Shown: positions 21,083 through 30,715, numbered from the stretch's first letter. The stretch: 64,000 nt of DNA from Promethearchaeia archaeon (GCA_046483985.1 JAWOCD010000075.1:1-64000), one strand, 5' to 3'. The notes: generated by a model not told the origin, from the sequence alone. Numbers and translations are program-made.

Positions 21083-21500
21083 TCACGCACTCTGAGCCCC
21101 GTAGGAATCAACTGGGGTGGGAGATTTCTTGAAATGGGCTGCATTTCTTGTAACAGTTTTCGATGCTTTAATCTCTTGAGCTGTGATCGTGATTATTATA
21201 TCGCTTAGATCTAAAATTTCTCCGCTTTTTCTGAGTTTTCCCTCAGTAATCCTGTTTTTTTTAAAATCTCCGCTGTTAGGAGAAAAATTTGAAAATTTTG
21301 AAGAATTTTATCATAGTGGTTTTTTATTTTTTGATATATCACTCCTTTGTCTTTTTTGATATATCCCCGACCATCATAAATTTCTTCTATTGTTATTGCA
21401 GATATCCCGAAAGTCTCACTGGTATATGATTCCAAGCACTTTTTTCATTTAATCTTTCCCGCCAAATATCAATAACAACTGTTGTATCAACAAGAATCAT
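21083..21500 (-). pseudogene. vapC: VapC (PIN-domain) toxin pseudogene with two frameshifts
   Basis: PIN motifs spread over three consecutive frame segments: MILVDTTVVIDIWR / ISAITIEEIYDG / KSGEILDLSDIIITITA...VTRNAAHF, ending TGA at 21085-21083. Confidence 0.8.
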
Positions 21501-21743
21501 ACTATTCTCCCCAATGATCCTCAAATCTTCCTTTGCATTTTCTGCAAATTCGTGTTTAGCCTTTAAAACAGTCTCTTCAAATTCATCCAAAACTCCGTCT
21601 GGCAGATCCCTAGCAATTCCAAAATGTTTCAGCGGATCTTTCTTTTGTGATTTTATCATACGTTCGAATAAATCAGAAAAAATTTCATCGGGATTCTTCA
21701 GATTTTTTAATTTCTTGTAGATTTCTTCTCTCACAGAAATCAT
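21393..21743 (-). CDS. vapB: VapB-type antitoxin reading through into the vapC start
   Basis: ISVREEIYKKLKNLK.PDE.FSDLFERMI..KK.PL..FG is typical of archaeal VapB; continues in frame into MILVDTTVV. Confidence 0.7.
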   Translation of the reverse strand: MISVREEIYKKLKNLKNPDEIFSDLFERMIKSQKKDPLKHFGIARDLPDGVLDEFEETVLKAKHEFAENAKEDLRIIGENSMILVDTTVVIDIWRERLNEKSAWNHIPVRLSGYLQ

Positions 21744-21966
21744 ATCTATATTTATCCGTTATAAATATGCAATTTTAAATGCTGATGGGAAATCTCATCT
21801 TTTCCGGAGTACTTTTTTAAGGATCCCCTGGAAAAGTTTCTTTTTTCACTGATTAAGACCCTTTTTCAGTAGGTGAAACACTTCACGGAAGAAGGGGAGA
21901 ATAAAGAGATATTATAATTCTAATGGATTTTTCTACTATTTCTTAAATATTACTAATTAGGCTTTT

Positions 21967-22071
21967 GCCGTAGAGACTATGGTGAATGCTTGGAGAGGAT
22001 GAAAGATTGATATTAGGTTAGTAATTCTCGATGAATTACGAATCCATCTCATTTATGGCGGGGTAGTTCAA
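21967..22071 (+). mobile_element. IS200/IS605-family remnant (tnpB 3'-end / omega-RNA-like scaffold, right end)
   Basis: CCGTAGAGACTATGG...GCTTGGAG...CGATGAATTACGAATCC...TTTATGGCGGGGTAGTTCAA; same layout and terminus as 9160-9272. Confidence 0.55.
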
Positions 22072-22237
22072 GGGAACAAAATAAATCTGCCCAGTTCAAT
22101 CCCAAAAATTTCCCCCATTTTTGCCCTCACTCGTAAAGACTAAAAATCGTAAAAATTATATATTTCATATCATTAAAAATGAATATCAACTTTAAATAAA
22201 ATTATATATTAAAAACATAAAAATGGAATGAGTAAGT

Positions 22238-23533
22238 ATGCCGAAACAAAAACCTCATTTGAACTTAGTAATTATAGGACATATTGACCACGGCAAATCT
22301 ACGATGATGGGCTCCTTGTTAATCCAAACGGGAGCTATCTCCGATAGAGAGGCCAGAGAACTTAAAAAGATTGCTGAAGAGCATGATCGTGAATCATGGG
22401 CAAGCGCCTATGTATTCGATAAACTGAAAGAAGAGCGAGCCCGTGGAATCACCATTGACTTAGCATTCAGAAAGTTCGAGACAGACTCCAAATACTTCAC
22501 CATTATTGATGCTCCAGGTCATGCTGACTTCGTTAAGAACATGATTACTGGCGCGTCTCAAGCCGATGCTGCCATATTGGTAGTCAGCGGAAAGAAAGGT
22601 GAGATGGAAGTCGGTATTGCCGCAAATGGACAGACTCGGGAACATGCCTTTTTAGCTCAAACACTCGGAGTTAGACAGCTGGTCGTTGCCATTAATAAGG
22701 CTGATGTATTTGACTATTCCGAGGAACGTTTTAATGAATGCAAACAACAGATCACTCAATTACTGAAAACCATTGGTTTTAACACCAAAAAGGTTAAATT
22801 TGTGCCAACCAGCGGTCTGAAAATGGTAAACTTATCCGAAAAAAGCGATAAAACCCCTTGGTACGATGGTCCAACATTAATCGATGCAATTGATAAGTTT
22901 ACAGTTCCAGAAAAACCAGTTGATAAACCACTTCGTATGCCAATACAAGATGCCTATAGAATTAAGGGGACTGGAGTTGTCCCAGTAGGCCGAGTTGAAA
23001 CTGGTGTATTAAAGAAGGGAGACAGTATTATACTTATGCCGACGGAATACAAAGGCGAAATTCGCAGTATTGAACAGCACCATGAAGAGATTCCGAAAGC
23101 AGAACCCGGTGATAATGTGGGAGTAAGCATTCGAGGGATTACCTTGAAGGATGTTGGAAGAGGAGATTGCCTCGGACATCCGAACAATCCGCCTAATGTT
23201 ATCACGCCGGATCAAAGCTGGAACGGACAAGTTATCGTGATCTGGCATCCAACTGCAATTAGTCAAGGATATACGCCAGTTGTACACGCTCACACCGCGC
23301 AAGTTGCGGCCCGATTTAAGGCGTTATTAAAGAAACTTGACCCGAAGACTAACTCCGTAATTGAGGACAGTCCGAAGTTTATCAAGAAAAATGAAGCCGC
23401 AATGGTTGAGTTAGTGCCAATCAAGAAGATTTGCCTTGAAAAGTATAAGGATATTCCCGAGATGGGACGGTTCGCTGTCCGCGATATGGGCAGGACCGTA
23501 GCCGTAGGAATTGTCAGAGAAATCAATGAATAA
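22238..23533 (+). CDS. tuf: Translation elongation factor EF-1 alpha
   Basis: GHIDHGKST, ERARGITID, DAPGHADF, NKAD, GRFAVRDMG.TVAVG. Confidence 0.99.
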   Translation: MPKQKPHLNLVIIGHIDHGKSTMMGSLLIQTGAISDREARELKKIAEEHDRESWASAYVFDKLKEERARGITIDLAFRKFETDSKYFTIIDAPGHADFVKNMITGASQADAAILVVSGKKGEMEVGIAANGQTREHAFLAQTLGVRQLVVAINKADVFDYSEERFNECKQQITQLLKTIGFNTKKVKFVPTSGLKMVNLSEKSDKTPWYDGPTLIDAIDKFTVPEKPVDKPLRMPIQDAYRIKGTGVVPVGRVETGVLKKGDSIILMPTEYKGEIRSIEQHHEEIPKAEPGDNVGVSIRGITLKDVGRGDCLGHPNNPPNVITPDQSWNGQVIVIWHPTAISQGYTPVVHAHTAQVAARFKALLKKLDPKTNSVIEDSPKFIKKNEAAMVELVPIKKICLEKYKDIPEMGRFAVRDMGRTVAVGIVREINE

Positions 23534-23738
23534 GGCTTAGAGATTAATTTTCTTTTGTTCTTTTTTTTATAATTCTATTTTCTACTTCATTACAACGCAG
23601 AGAGTATTTCATACCTTTTTTGAGTTGTTTATAGGAAGATTTGATAGGGTAGAAAATTTTAGTCTTGAAAATGCAGAAAAGATTCTCACCCCTCTTTTAT
23701 CAAGTGAACTCTTCATAAAAGATCTTCTTATAAGAGAA

Positions 23739-23783
23739 TCAACCGAGAAAAAGGTAATTGCCATTGCAAACAAGCAAGATTTA
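23739..23783 (+). pseudogene. Deleted remnant of a small-GTPase gene homologous to 25383-25868
   Basis: 23751-23783 matches 25701-25733 at 30/33 nt (KVIAIANKQDL, synonymous differences); preceded by an STEK segment matching about 25635. Confidence 0.7.
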
Positions 23784-23833
23784 AAACAACAGCAAAATGG
23801 CAGCAGAACGGCAGCACGAAACGATGCCTTAGA

Positions 23834-24925
23834 TCAAAGAAGCGTGAGATAATTAGCCGACCAGAGATTACCCTCGTCCGAATAATAAAAAGCAGAGCTC
23901 AATGGTTTCCCTTCTGATGTAAAATTCTCTAAATAGGTACTATATGTCTCGATAAGTTCCGTATAGGTGTCAATATACTCTTGCGCTAATTTTTTGTCTA
24001 TCTCTTGAACCACCTGGATGTAAATGACTCCCATATGGGTTTTGATGGAATCCGTTTGGTAGTTAGACACAAGCCATTTCCTCCAGAAGAGTTCCTCGCT
24101 GATCTTTTCATTGCTATATTTCAAGGGGAAGGGATCATCCAGTTTAGCCGAGCGAATGCTTTCAATCGACGATTTCAGCATTTTTTTATCGGTAAAAACA
24201 CCGGTCCAGTACGGAAAGGTATTATTCTCGCCGGTCACGATTTCGCGCTTATTTATGTCGTCAAAAAAGTATTCGCCGTTCCAGAGGGTTTCCTTAATGG
24301 CGCCTTTAATGTCAAAATCCGCAAAGGGGTTCGGCAAATTTACGTTCTCTAAATCGTTTGATAACATCGCCAGCATGACATTATCGTACGTGGAGCAATT
24401 GCGATTTGTCGAGTCCTTCATAGACCCAAAATGAACATCCGACCGGATGAGTGAGGTTTTAGGGTCGAAGTACTTTTTAAAACATCTTTCAATCTCCGAG
24501 ACCAAAAAATCGAAATGGCTCCCGATTAGATCAGCATCATTTGCCAGTCTAAGGCATCGGATGAGATAGGCAAGCGAATCGGGGGAATATCGAAAAATGT
24601 CAATACATTTCCCTTTTTGATTGATGGTAGTGGTAAGCTGCTGTGCGGAATACTTTTCTAAAGCGTACTTTAATGTTTTTACAACTTTCCTTCGATATCC
24701 TAGTTTGAGTAGTGACTCAATTGACCAACCAAAATCCCGCATATAAAATACGCAATAATGTCCCCAGTCTGTGCTTGTTTGAAAGTAAGTCCCGTTCCAG
24801 CAATCCTCGATAATTTGACGGCAAATTTCGGCCGCTTTCCCCTCATATTCCTTCAAGCCATTTCGCTTTACCCGGAATTTTCGCTTGAATATCTTCCATC
24901 CCTCCTTTAAATGAGCGAGTTTCAT
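23834..24925 (-). CDS. Six-hairpin (alpha/alpha)6 glycosidase-like protein (amylo-alpha-1,6-glucosidase/trehalase-like)
   Basis: FYMRDFGWSIESLL.LG motif, LWNGEYF.D, C-terminal YLENF...NLWSA; GC visibly higher than flanks. Confidence 0.6.
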   Translation of the reverse strand: MKLAHLKEGWKIFKRKFRVKRNGLKEYEGKAAEICRQIIEDCWNGTYFQTSTDWGHYCVFYMRDFGWSIESLLKLGYRRKVVKTLKYALEKYSAQQLTTTINQKGKCIDIFRYSPDSLAYLIRCLRLANDADLIGSHFDFLVSEIERCFKKYFDPKTSLIRSDVHFGSMKDSTNRNCSTYDNVMLAMLSNDLENVNLPNPFADFDIKGAIKETLWNGEYFFDDINKREIVTGENNTFPYWTGVFTDKKMLKSSIESIRSAKLDDPFPLKYSNEKISEELFWRKWLVSNYQTDSIKTHMGVIYIQVVQEIDKKLAQEYIDTYTELIETYSTYLENFTSEGKPLSSAFYYSDEGNLWSANYLTLL

Positions 24926-24947
24926 ATTTCCTATGTAGAAAATTGTA

Positions 24948-25103
24948 TATTTGAAAATAAACTTATGGAAAAAGTGATATTTCTTGGATACATCAGAAAA
25001 GGAAAGGCTCAGTCACGTGCAAATTCTTTCCGGATAATGACGATATTAAATCCCCCAAAAGTGATGGTATCGGTGAGAATATATTGCACATGGTTTTCTA
25101 CTT
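24948..25103 (-). pseudogene. Internally deleted remnant of a DUF99 gene plus its downstream intergenic sequence
   Basis: 25038-25103 matches about 26325-26390 (HVQYILTDTITFGGFNIV); 25008-25038 matches the gene's 3' end near 26001-26031; 24948-24990 resembles 25941-25985. Confidence 0.8.
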
Positions 25104-25382
25104 AGAATACTTTTGAATCATGATAAAAGCATATTGAGTTTAAATCATCTTTATCGATTAGATTCTACTTTATTATAGCTATTTATCAGAAATATTCTTA
25201 TCTTTATCTAGATTAGTTAAAAGAATTAACTTATGGCGGAAAATTCTAAGAAAAAGATTGCAGCAAAGATAAAGGAAGTTCCCTTTAAATATATTATCTG
25301 GATATTATACAGATTTTTGTTAAATTCTAACGGTTACTAAAGTAAGAAAAAAATATAAGTATTTAGCAATAAAAACAACGAG

Positions 25383-25868
25383 ATGGAAAATATGAAATCA
25401 GCAGAAAAAATTTGTCTCATTGGAGAATCGGGAGTAGGAAAGACCTCGCTTCTGCGCTTATTGCAAGGAAAACAGGTTTCTACGGAAAGAAACCCGACGG
25501 TAGGACTGGAAATTGAGAATTCAAAACTAGACGGGAAGAAGTGCGCAATTTGGGATCTCGGCGGGCAAGAACGCTTTAAATTTATGTGGGAAGATTTCCT
25601 ACGCGGGTCAGGATTAACCGTGTTAGTGTGTGATTCAACGGAGAAAAATATTAAAAAAACAAAGAAAATTTACCAAAGATTTCTACGACGGAATGGCTCA
25701 AAAGTAATTGCCATTGCAAATAAACAAGATTTACCCAAAGCAATGAAAGTAGACAAAGTCCAAGAAAAACTGGACGGCCTCCCGACTTATGGAATGAGTG
25801 CAATACGTTCGGATCTGAGAGATAGATTACGAGATATTTTGGAATATGAAGCTGTAAACAAGGAATAA
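25383..25868 (+). CDS. Arf/Ras-superfamily small GTPase (eukaryotic signature protein)
   Basis: G1 GESGVGKTS, G2 PTVG, G3 WDLGGQ (Arf-type), G4 NKQD, G5 SA. Confidence 0.92.
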   Translation: MENMKSAEKICLIGESGVGKTSLLRLLQGKQVSTERNPTVGLEIENSKLDGKKCAIWDLGGQERFKFMWEDFLRGSGLTVLVCDSTEKNIKKTKKIYQRFLRRNGSKVIAIANKQDLPKAMKVDKVQEKLDGLPTYGMSAIRSDLRDRLRDILEYEAVNKE

Positions 25869-26001
25869 ACGTTTTTTAAAAGAATAGGAATATGTGGGAA
25901 ATCGCATATTGAGATCCGTTATCCATTCTTTCTTTTCCTTATTTTTGAAATAAATTTATCGAAAAAGTGACATTTCCCGAGATACAACTAAAAAGTAATG
26001 C

Positions 26002-26571
26002 TCAGTCCTTGGCAAACAATTTCCCGATAATATGGGCGATACGGACAGGCTCGGGCAATTTAGAATCTATATAAACCCGTCTTAATAAACGTTCAACTTT
26101 TCCTGGTTTAATTCCTTTACAATGATAATATATTTTCGACAATCCTCCTGCTGTTTCAATATCCATCTGATAAAGATTTCCCGCACTGATAATATTTTCC
26201 AATTTTTTTTTATAAGTAGAGGGGTATTTTTTTACTAACGCCGTTCGCACAGAGTCGAGATCGATTTTCTTGTCTGTGACCGCAACGAGAGGCTTTTTGG
26301 TTTCATGATAGATTTGTTCAATATTGACAATATTAAATCCCCCAAAAGTAATAGTATCGGTGAGGATATATTGGACGTGTTTTTTTACTTGCGTTACCAT
26401 CTCAATTAATGCTTTGGTGGCATCATTCCCATCAATTGTAATTTTCCGTCCTAAAACACTGACGATACGTACCCCTTGGCATACAACTCCAATCAATTTA
26501 GTTTGAGGTGATTCTGCTTTCAACCTAAATGTTGCGTCATCAAATCCGATAGTAATAGGAAATTCTTTCAT
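26002..26571 (-). CDS. DUF99 / endonuclease V-like family protein
   Basis: IGFDD, IDGNDAT, TFGGFNIV, KLPEPVRIAH. Confidence 0.88.
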   Translation of the reverse strand: MKEFPITIGFDDATFRLKAESPQTKLIGVVCQGVRIVSVLGRKITIDGNDATKALIEMVTQVKKHVQYILTDTITFGGFNIVNIEQIYHETKKPLVAVTDKKIDLDSVRTALVKKYPSTYKKKLENIISAGNLYQMDIETAGGLSKIYYHCKGIKPGKVERLLRRVYIDSKLPEPVRIAHIIGKLFAKD

Positions 26572-27041
26572 TCTGATTTTGATTCCGAATCTCCGGGTAA
26601 AAATCGTTTAAGATATAATAATAATCGCGTGAAAGAGACTATTGCATTCTTGCGTTCCTCAATTCGTTTTACAAGAGACCCTTCCAAACATTTATATAAT
26701 ACTTCAATTATCTGCTTGATCGTCAAATTTTGTGAAATCCATGTGTAGGCAATGAGGCTTTCCGCTGTATCTGCCAGATCATGAGCATCTGCCCGATTTT
26801 TTGCAAAATGTTTTAAATCTGCATTTTTTAAGGCTTCGGCTAATATCCTTTTACTCACCTTTTTCCCAGTACGGTGGGGATTCTTATTAGGGGTATTCTC
26901 GGACAGATACAATGATTTTGCCATGGAATAGGTAAGATTTACGATGCTATCACCTATCTTAGCAAGCCCCTTATCTGTACCAATACGTTTTTGAAGGTGT
27001 TTTGCAGTTTGTAGGTCATTTATTAAAAATTTAAAATCCAT
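26568..27041 (-). CDS. Archaeal ribonuclease III-family protein
   Basis: DKGLAKIGDSIVNL.YS, L.EALK.A.L, D.H..AD.AE.LIAY. Confidence 0.85.
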   Translation of the reverse strand: MDFKFLINDLQTAKHLQKRIGTDKGLAKIGDSIVNLTYSMAKSLYLSENTPNKNPHRTGKKVSKRILAEALKNADLKHFAKNRADAHDLADTAESLIAYTWISQNLTIKQIIEVLYKCLEGSLVKRIEERKNAIVSFTRLLLYLKRFLPGDSESKSE

Positions 27042-27127
27042 TGTTAAAAATAGAGAAGAAGTAATATAAAGATTTTATGAAATGATAGATACTTTTTTCG
27101 CTATAAAATAGAGTTGTTCTGATACAC

Positions 27128-27610
27128 TTAAATCAAGGTCTGGAAAAGTTTTTCCACTTCTTTAACCCTATCTCGTAAAGTAGTAATACCCTCGTAAAGG
27201 ATCTCGTTTATATCATATCCGTCTTTTATGCGGAGAAAGACTTTTGAAGGTTCAATTTGGTTAGCCTTATACGCAGCAATGTCAACTCCTTCATTCCCAA
27301 GTAAGGTTTTCACATAAACGTTGCAAAATCCATGAGATTGCCCAATCACTTGGAGTTCGTAGGAATTCTTTTCGGGTTTTTCAATCAAGTTAAGTTTCAT
27401 ATATTTGTACTTTTCTTCCTCGGGTTCTTCTTCCAACACTAAATCCATATCCTCTTCTAAGAGTTCTTCGCCCTCTAACCCTTCCTCTCCTTCTAATTGT
27501 TCTTCCTCTCCTTCTCCTACTTTTGGAATCGCGATATCAATTTCTTCATCTTCGAGTTTGTCTAAATCATCTATTTCTTCCTCAGATTCACTTTTTTTCT
27601 TTTTTGCCAT
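27128..27610 (-). CDS. rpoL: RNA polymerase subunit L (Rpo11) with acidic N-terminal extension
   Basis: LQVIGQSHGFCN, GVDIAAY core; csl4-X-rpoL synteny. Confidence 0.8.
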   Translation of the reverse strand: MAKKKKSESEEEIDDLDKLEDEEIDIAIPKVGEGEEEQLEGEEGLEGEELLEEDMDLVLEEEPEEEKYKYMKLNLIEKPEKNSYELQVIGQSHGFCNVYVKTLLGNEGVDIAAYKANQIEPSKVFLRIKDGYDINEILYEGITTLRDRVKEVEKLFQTLI

Positions 27611-27675
27611 TTTCTTAACTCTTTTTTATGCACATTTGTTTTAATAATCTATCGTTCCATAAATTTTTTGTGATC

Positions 27676-27894
27676 TTACAATATTTCGTTTGCCAGTTGT
27701 TTAATCCGATTACAAGCTAATATTTGTAAGTCCTTTGGACCAGAAACCACAATTTCAATGGATTTACCCTCGACAGTAGCATTTAAATTAATGTAATCTA
27801 CTTTTTCCTGAACTTTTTCCAAAAATTCGATAATATTATCTAAAGCCCCAGAATCATTATAAAAATGGATAGTTCGTTTATTAGATCGTGTCAT
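27676..27894 (-). CDS. Small conserved protein (DUF2067 N-terminal-like)
   Basis: EFLEKV...V.GK.IEI.VSG pattern; occupies the slot between csl4 and rpoL. Confidence 0.5.
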   Translation of the reverse strand: MTRSNKRTIHFYNDSGALDNIIEFLEKVQEKVDYINLNATVEGKSIEIVVSGPKDLQILACNRIKQLANEIL

Positions 27895-28013
27895 AAGTAT
27901 TTCTCATCTCACTACTTACAAAAACCGATAGTTTCATTTAAAATTTTTCATTATAGAACAAAAAACAATAAACTAAGAGTACTTAAAGGTAAAAAACTAG
28001 GAAAAAGAAAAAT

Positions 28014-28610
28014 TCAGAAATTTAATTTTTTGGAAACATTTCCATAATCCCCAGATAATTTTCTCGTTTCAATATTTCCACACGATGGACATTTTAATTT
28101 ATTAAACCCGATCTTTTGTAAGGTATCGCCACAGATAGAGCAATCTGCATGAAGAATTCCGTAGTTCTTTCCCACTGTGCTCAAATCATACTCCCCGCAA
28201 TCTTCTTTAATGACTTTTGCGCGGATTATATCGGTTTTCTGAAATACGTCCCTGATTTTTTCCACATATTGGTTGGAAACAGCAGAAATATGAATATTCG
28301 CAAAATATGGTGAATTAAATTGAACTTTATCGTTTATTGAAAAAATATTTAGGCCTACAGAATATTTTCGTAGAAAAACAATTGTTCCAATAATGGTATC
28401 GCCGATTCGTAATGTTTTTCGCTCATCCTCTTGGAAGGTCTTAACTTTGAGCTTTCGGCTTTTTTGATCAATCAATACTTTACCCGTTTTGGTGGCATAA
28501 ATGTTTCCGTCTTGAATATATGTGCTTTTTTCATCGGGCAAAAACTCTTCCACAACACCGAGAAAATCACCTGTCGTGACAATCTTCTCCTTCTTTTTGG
28601 TATTTTCCAT
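28014..28610 (-). CDS. csl4: Exosome complex RNA-binding protein Csl4
   Basis: GDFLG..EEF.P, S1 domain IHISAV, DIIRAKV, C-terminal CSICG...CPSCG..E.RKLS. Confidence 0.95.
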   Translation of the reverse strand: MENTKKKEKIVTTGDFLGVVEEFLPDEKSTYIQDGNIYATKTGKVLIDQKSRKLKVKTFQEDERKTLRIGDTIIGTIVFLRKYSVGLNIFSINDKVQFNSPYFANIHISAVSNQYVEKIRDVFQKTDIIRAKVIKEDCGEYDLSTVGKNYGILHADCSICGDTLQKIGFNKLKCPSCGNIETRKLSGDYGNVSKKLNF

Positions 28611-28726
28611 AAATCAACACAAACGTTTTATTGTCTTTATACTTTTTTTCTAAGATAGTAATATTTTTAAAACTAAATAAATTTAATGATAAGATCTTAT
28701 AAATTGGTAATTGAATAGGCACAGAT

Positions 28727-29380
28727 ATGAGAAAAGATGAGTTAGTTTCATTAATTAGGAGTACTGAAGGTTATACAAATCCAAAAGTTCAACTGGAACA
28801 GTATTGTATAGACGCAGCCAGTGCTGTGAATATAGTTTTTTTTGCGGGTATAGAACACGATGATATAAAAAGTAAGGTCGTCCTTGATCTAGGCACGGGA
28901 ACGGGAAGATTATCTATTACGAGTGCATTTTTACGAGCGCAAACAATAATAAGTGTTGATATTGACCCTCAAGCCATCAAAATTCTAAGAGAAAATATGA
29001 ATAATTTGAATTTAAGTCATATTATTAATCCCATTATAACAGATATTGGTTGTCTAGAATTTTCGAGGAATTTTATTGAAGATTACGAAATTACTACGAT
29101 AATGAACCCTCCCTTTGGAGTACAAACCCGTCAAGCTGATCGAATATTTTTACAGAAAGCCTTTACCTTTTCTGATGTGATATACTCAATTCATATGGCG
29201 GGAAAACAAGTACAGCGCTTTTTAAAGGAATTCAGCAGAAACTTTGGTTGGATTATTGACTATACTTATCCTTTTCTGATGACTTTAGAGAAGTCTTATC
29301 TGTTTCATACCAAAAAAACGAAAAAAATTCAAACTCAAGTCTATCGTTTTATACAAAAAGACTCAAAAAAGAGAAAATAA
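28727..29380 (+). CDS. METTL5-like rRNA adenine N6-methyltransferase
   Basis: PKVQLEQY, VLDLGTGTG, MNPPFG, YSIH, Y.FH.K. Confidence 0.9.
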   Translation: MRKDELVSLIRSTEGYTNPKVQLEQYCIDAASAVNIVFFAGIEHDDIKSKVVLDLGTGTGRLSITSAFLRAQTIISVDIDPQAIKILRENMNNLNLSHIINPIITDIGCLEFSRNFIEDYEITTIMNPPFGVQTRQADRIFLQKAFTFSDVIYSIHMAGKQVQRFLKEFSRNFGWIIDYTYPFLMTLEKSYLFHTKKTKKIQTQVYRFIQKDSKKRK

Positions 29381-29404
29381 AGAAATGAAGAGATTTAATT
29401 TAAA

Positions 29405-30715
29405 TTACTGAAAATTTTTCCAAGAATCCAATCGAGAGGGATAATTTGCATTTTCAGTGCCTAACCCCTCTTCAATTCTCAAAATTTGGTTATATTTAGC
29501 GAGTCTATCACTTCTGCAAGGTGCCCCACTTTTAATCTGTCCCGAACACAATCCTACTGCTAAATCTCCGATAAATGGATCTTCTGTCTCACCAGATCGA
29601 TGAGAAACCATTACATTAAAATTATGTTTAAATGATAGTTTACATGCTTCGATTGCTTCCGTTAAAGAACCAATTTGATTAACTTTTAAAAGTAAGGCAT
29701 TACCTGCTCCCATATTAATTGCCTTTTCAAGAATATTGATATTAGTTACCGTCAGATCATCATCCACTATTTGAACGGAATTATTTATTTTGCCCGTCAA
29801 TTTAGCAAAAGATTCAAATGCACCCTCATCAAAAGGATCTTCTAAAGATCTAACAATCGGATAATCGTAAAGTAAATCCAAATAGTATTGCACTAACTCT
29901 TCTTCTTTTAATAGTTTTCCATCAATATCATATTTGCCATCCTCATAAAATTCACTGGCTGCGGCATCCATGCCTAAATGAAAGTCTTCCCCAGGAGTAT
30001 ATCCAGAATCTTCTATTGCATTAATAATTACATCTATTGCCTCTCTGGTTCGGGAAAAACTGGGGGCAAAACCTCCCTCATCTCCCACATTTACGGCAGT
30101 TTTCCCATAGCTCTTCGCTAAAAGACTCTTTAAAGTATGATACACTTCTGCAACCATCCTTATTCCTTCAGAAAAGCAACTTGCTCCAACGGGAATTACC
30201 ATAAATTCTTGAATTGAAAGATCATTTCCTGCATGCTCTCCGCCATTTATAATATTAGAAAAAGGATATGGTAACAGATAATCCTCTCTTTCTTTTCCGT
30301 AGGCAAGAGAATGAATATGTTCATACAATGGGATATTTTCCAATTTGGCAGCTAACTTTGCCACGCTCAACGAGACGGATAAAATTGCATTCGCACCGAG
30401 ATTTCCTTTATTCTCTGTACCGTCAAGGTCGATCATCTTCTGATCGATTTTTTCTTGCTCCCTTGGGTCAAATCCTTTTAGCTCTTCTGCAATAATACTA
30501 TTCACATTAGCAACTGCTTGAGTAACATGTTTTCCGTTAAATTTTTTTCCATTGTCTCGCAATTCCAAAGCTTCAGAAACACCTGTGGAGGCTCCCGAAG
30601 GTACTGATGCTCGACCAAATATATCCCCTGCAAAGACATCCGTTTCAACCGTGGGATTTCCACGAGAATCTAAAATCCACCTTGATTGAATTTTTGTAAT
30701 CTTAAAATTCGTCAT
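29405..30715 (-). CDS. eno: Enolase
   Basis: DSRGNPTVE, PSGASTG, GDEGG, LLKVNQIG, SHRSGETED. Confidence 0.99.
   Translation of the reverse strand: MTNFKITKIQSRWILDSRGNPTVETDVFAGDIFGRASVPSGASTGVSEALELRDNGKKFNGKHVTQAVANVNSIIAEELKGFDPREQEKIDQKMIDLDGTENKGNLGANAILSVSLSVAKLAAKLENIPLYEHIHSLAYGKEREDYLLPYPFSNIINGGEHAGNDLSIQEFMVIPVGASCFSEGIRMVAEVYHTLKSLLAKSYGKTAVNVGDEGGFAPSFSRTREAIDVIINAIEDSGYTPGEDFHLGMDAAASEFYEDGKYDIDGKLLKEEELVQYYLDLLYDYPIVRSLEDPFDEGAFESFAKLTGKINNSVQIVDDDLTVTNINILEKAINMGAGNALLLKVNQIGSLTEAIEACKLSFKHNFNVMVSHRSGETEDPFIGDLAVGLCSGQIKSGAPCRSDRLAKYNQILRIEEGLGTENANYPSRLDSWKNFQ

Noticed and set aside
22274-22300. Similar intron in tuf or infB P-loops
   Set aside because: Both HIDHGK motifs are continuous.
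23625-23852. 75-aa ORF as a real gene
   Set aside because: TTG start and patchwork sequence containing a deleted GTPase fragment; treated as a remnant.
24911-25105. 64-aa plus-strand ORF similar to the ORF at 26324-26506
   Set aside because: Both are antisense shadows of DUF99 sequence; the similarity only reflects the duplicated remnant.
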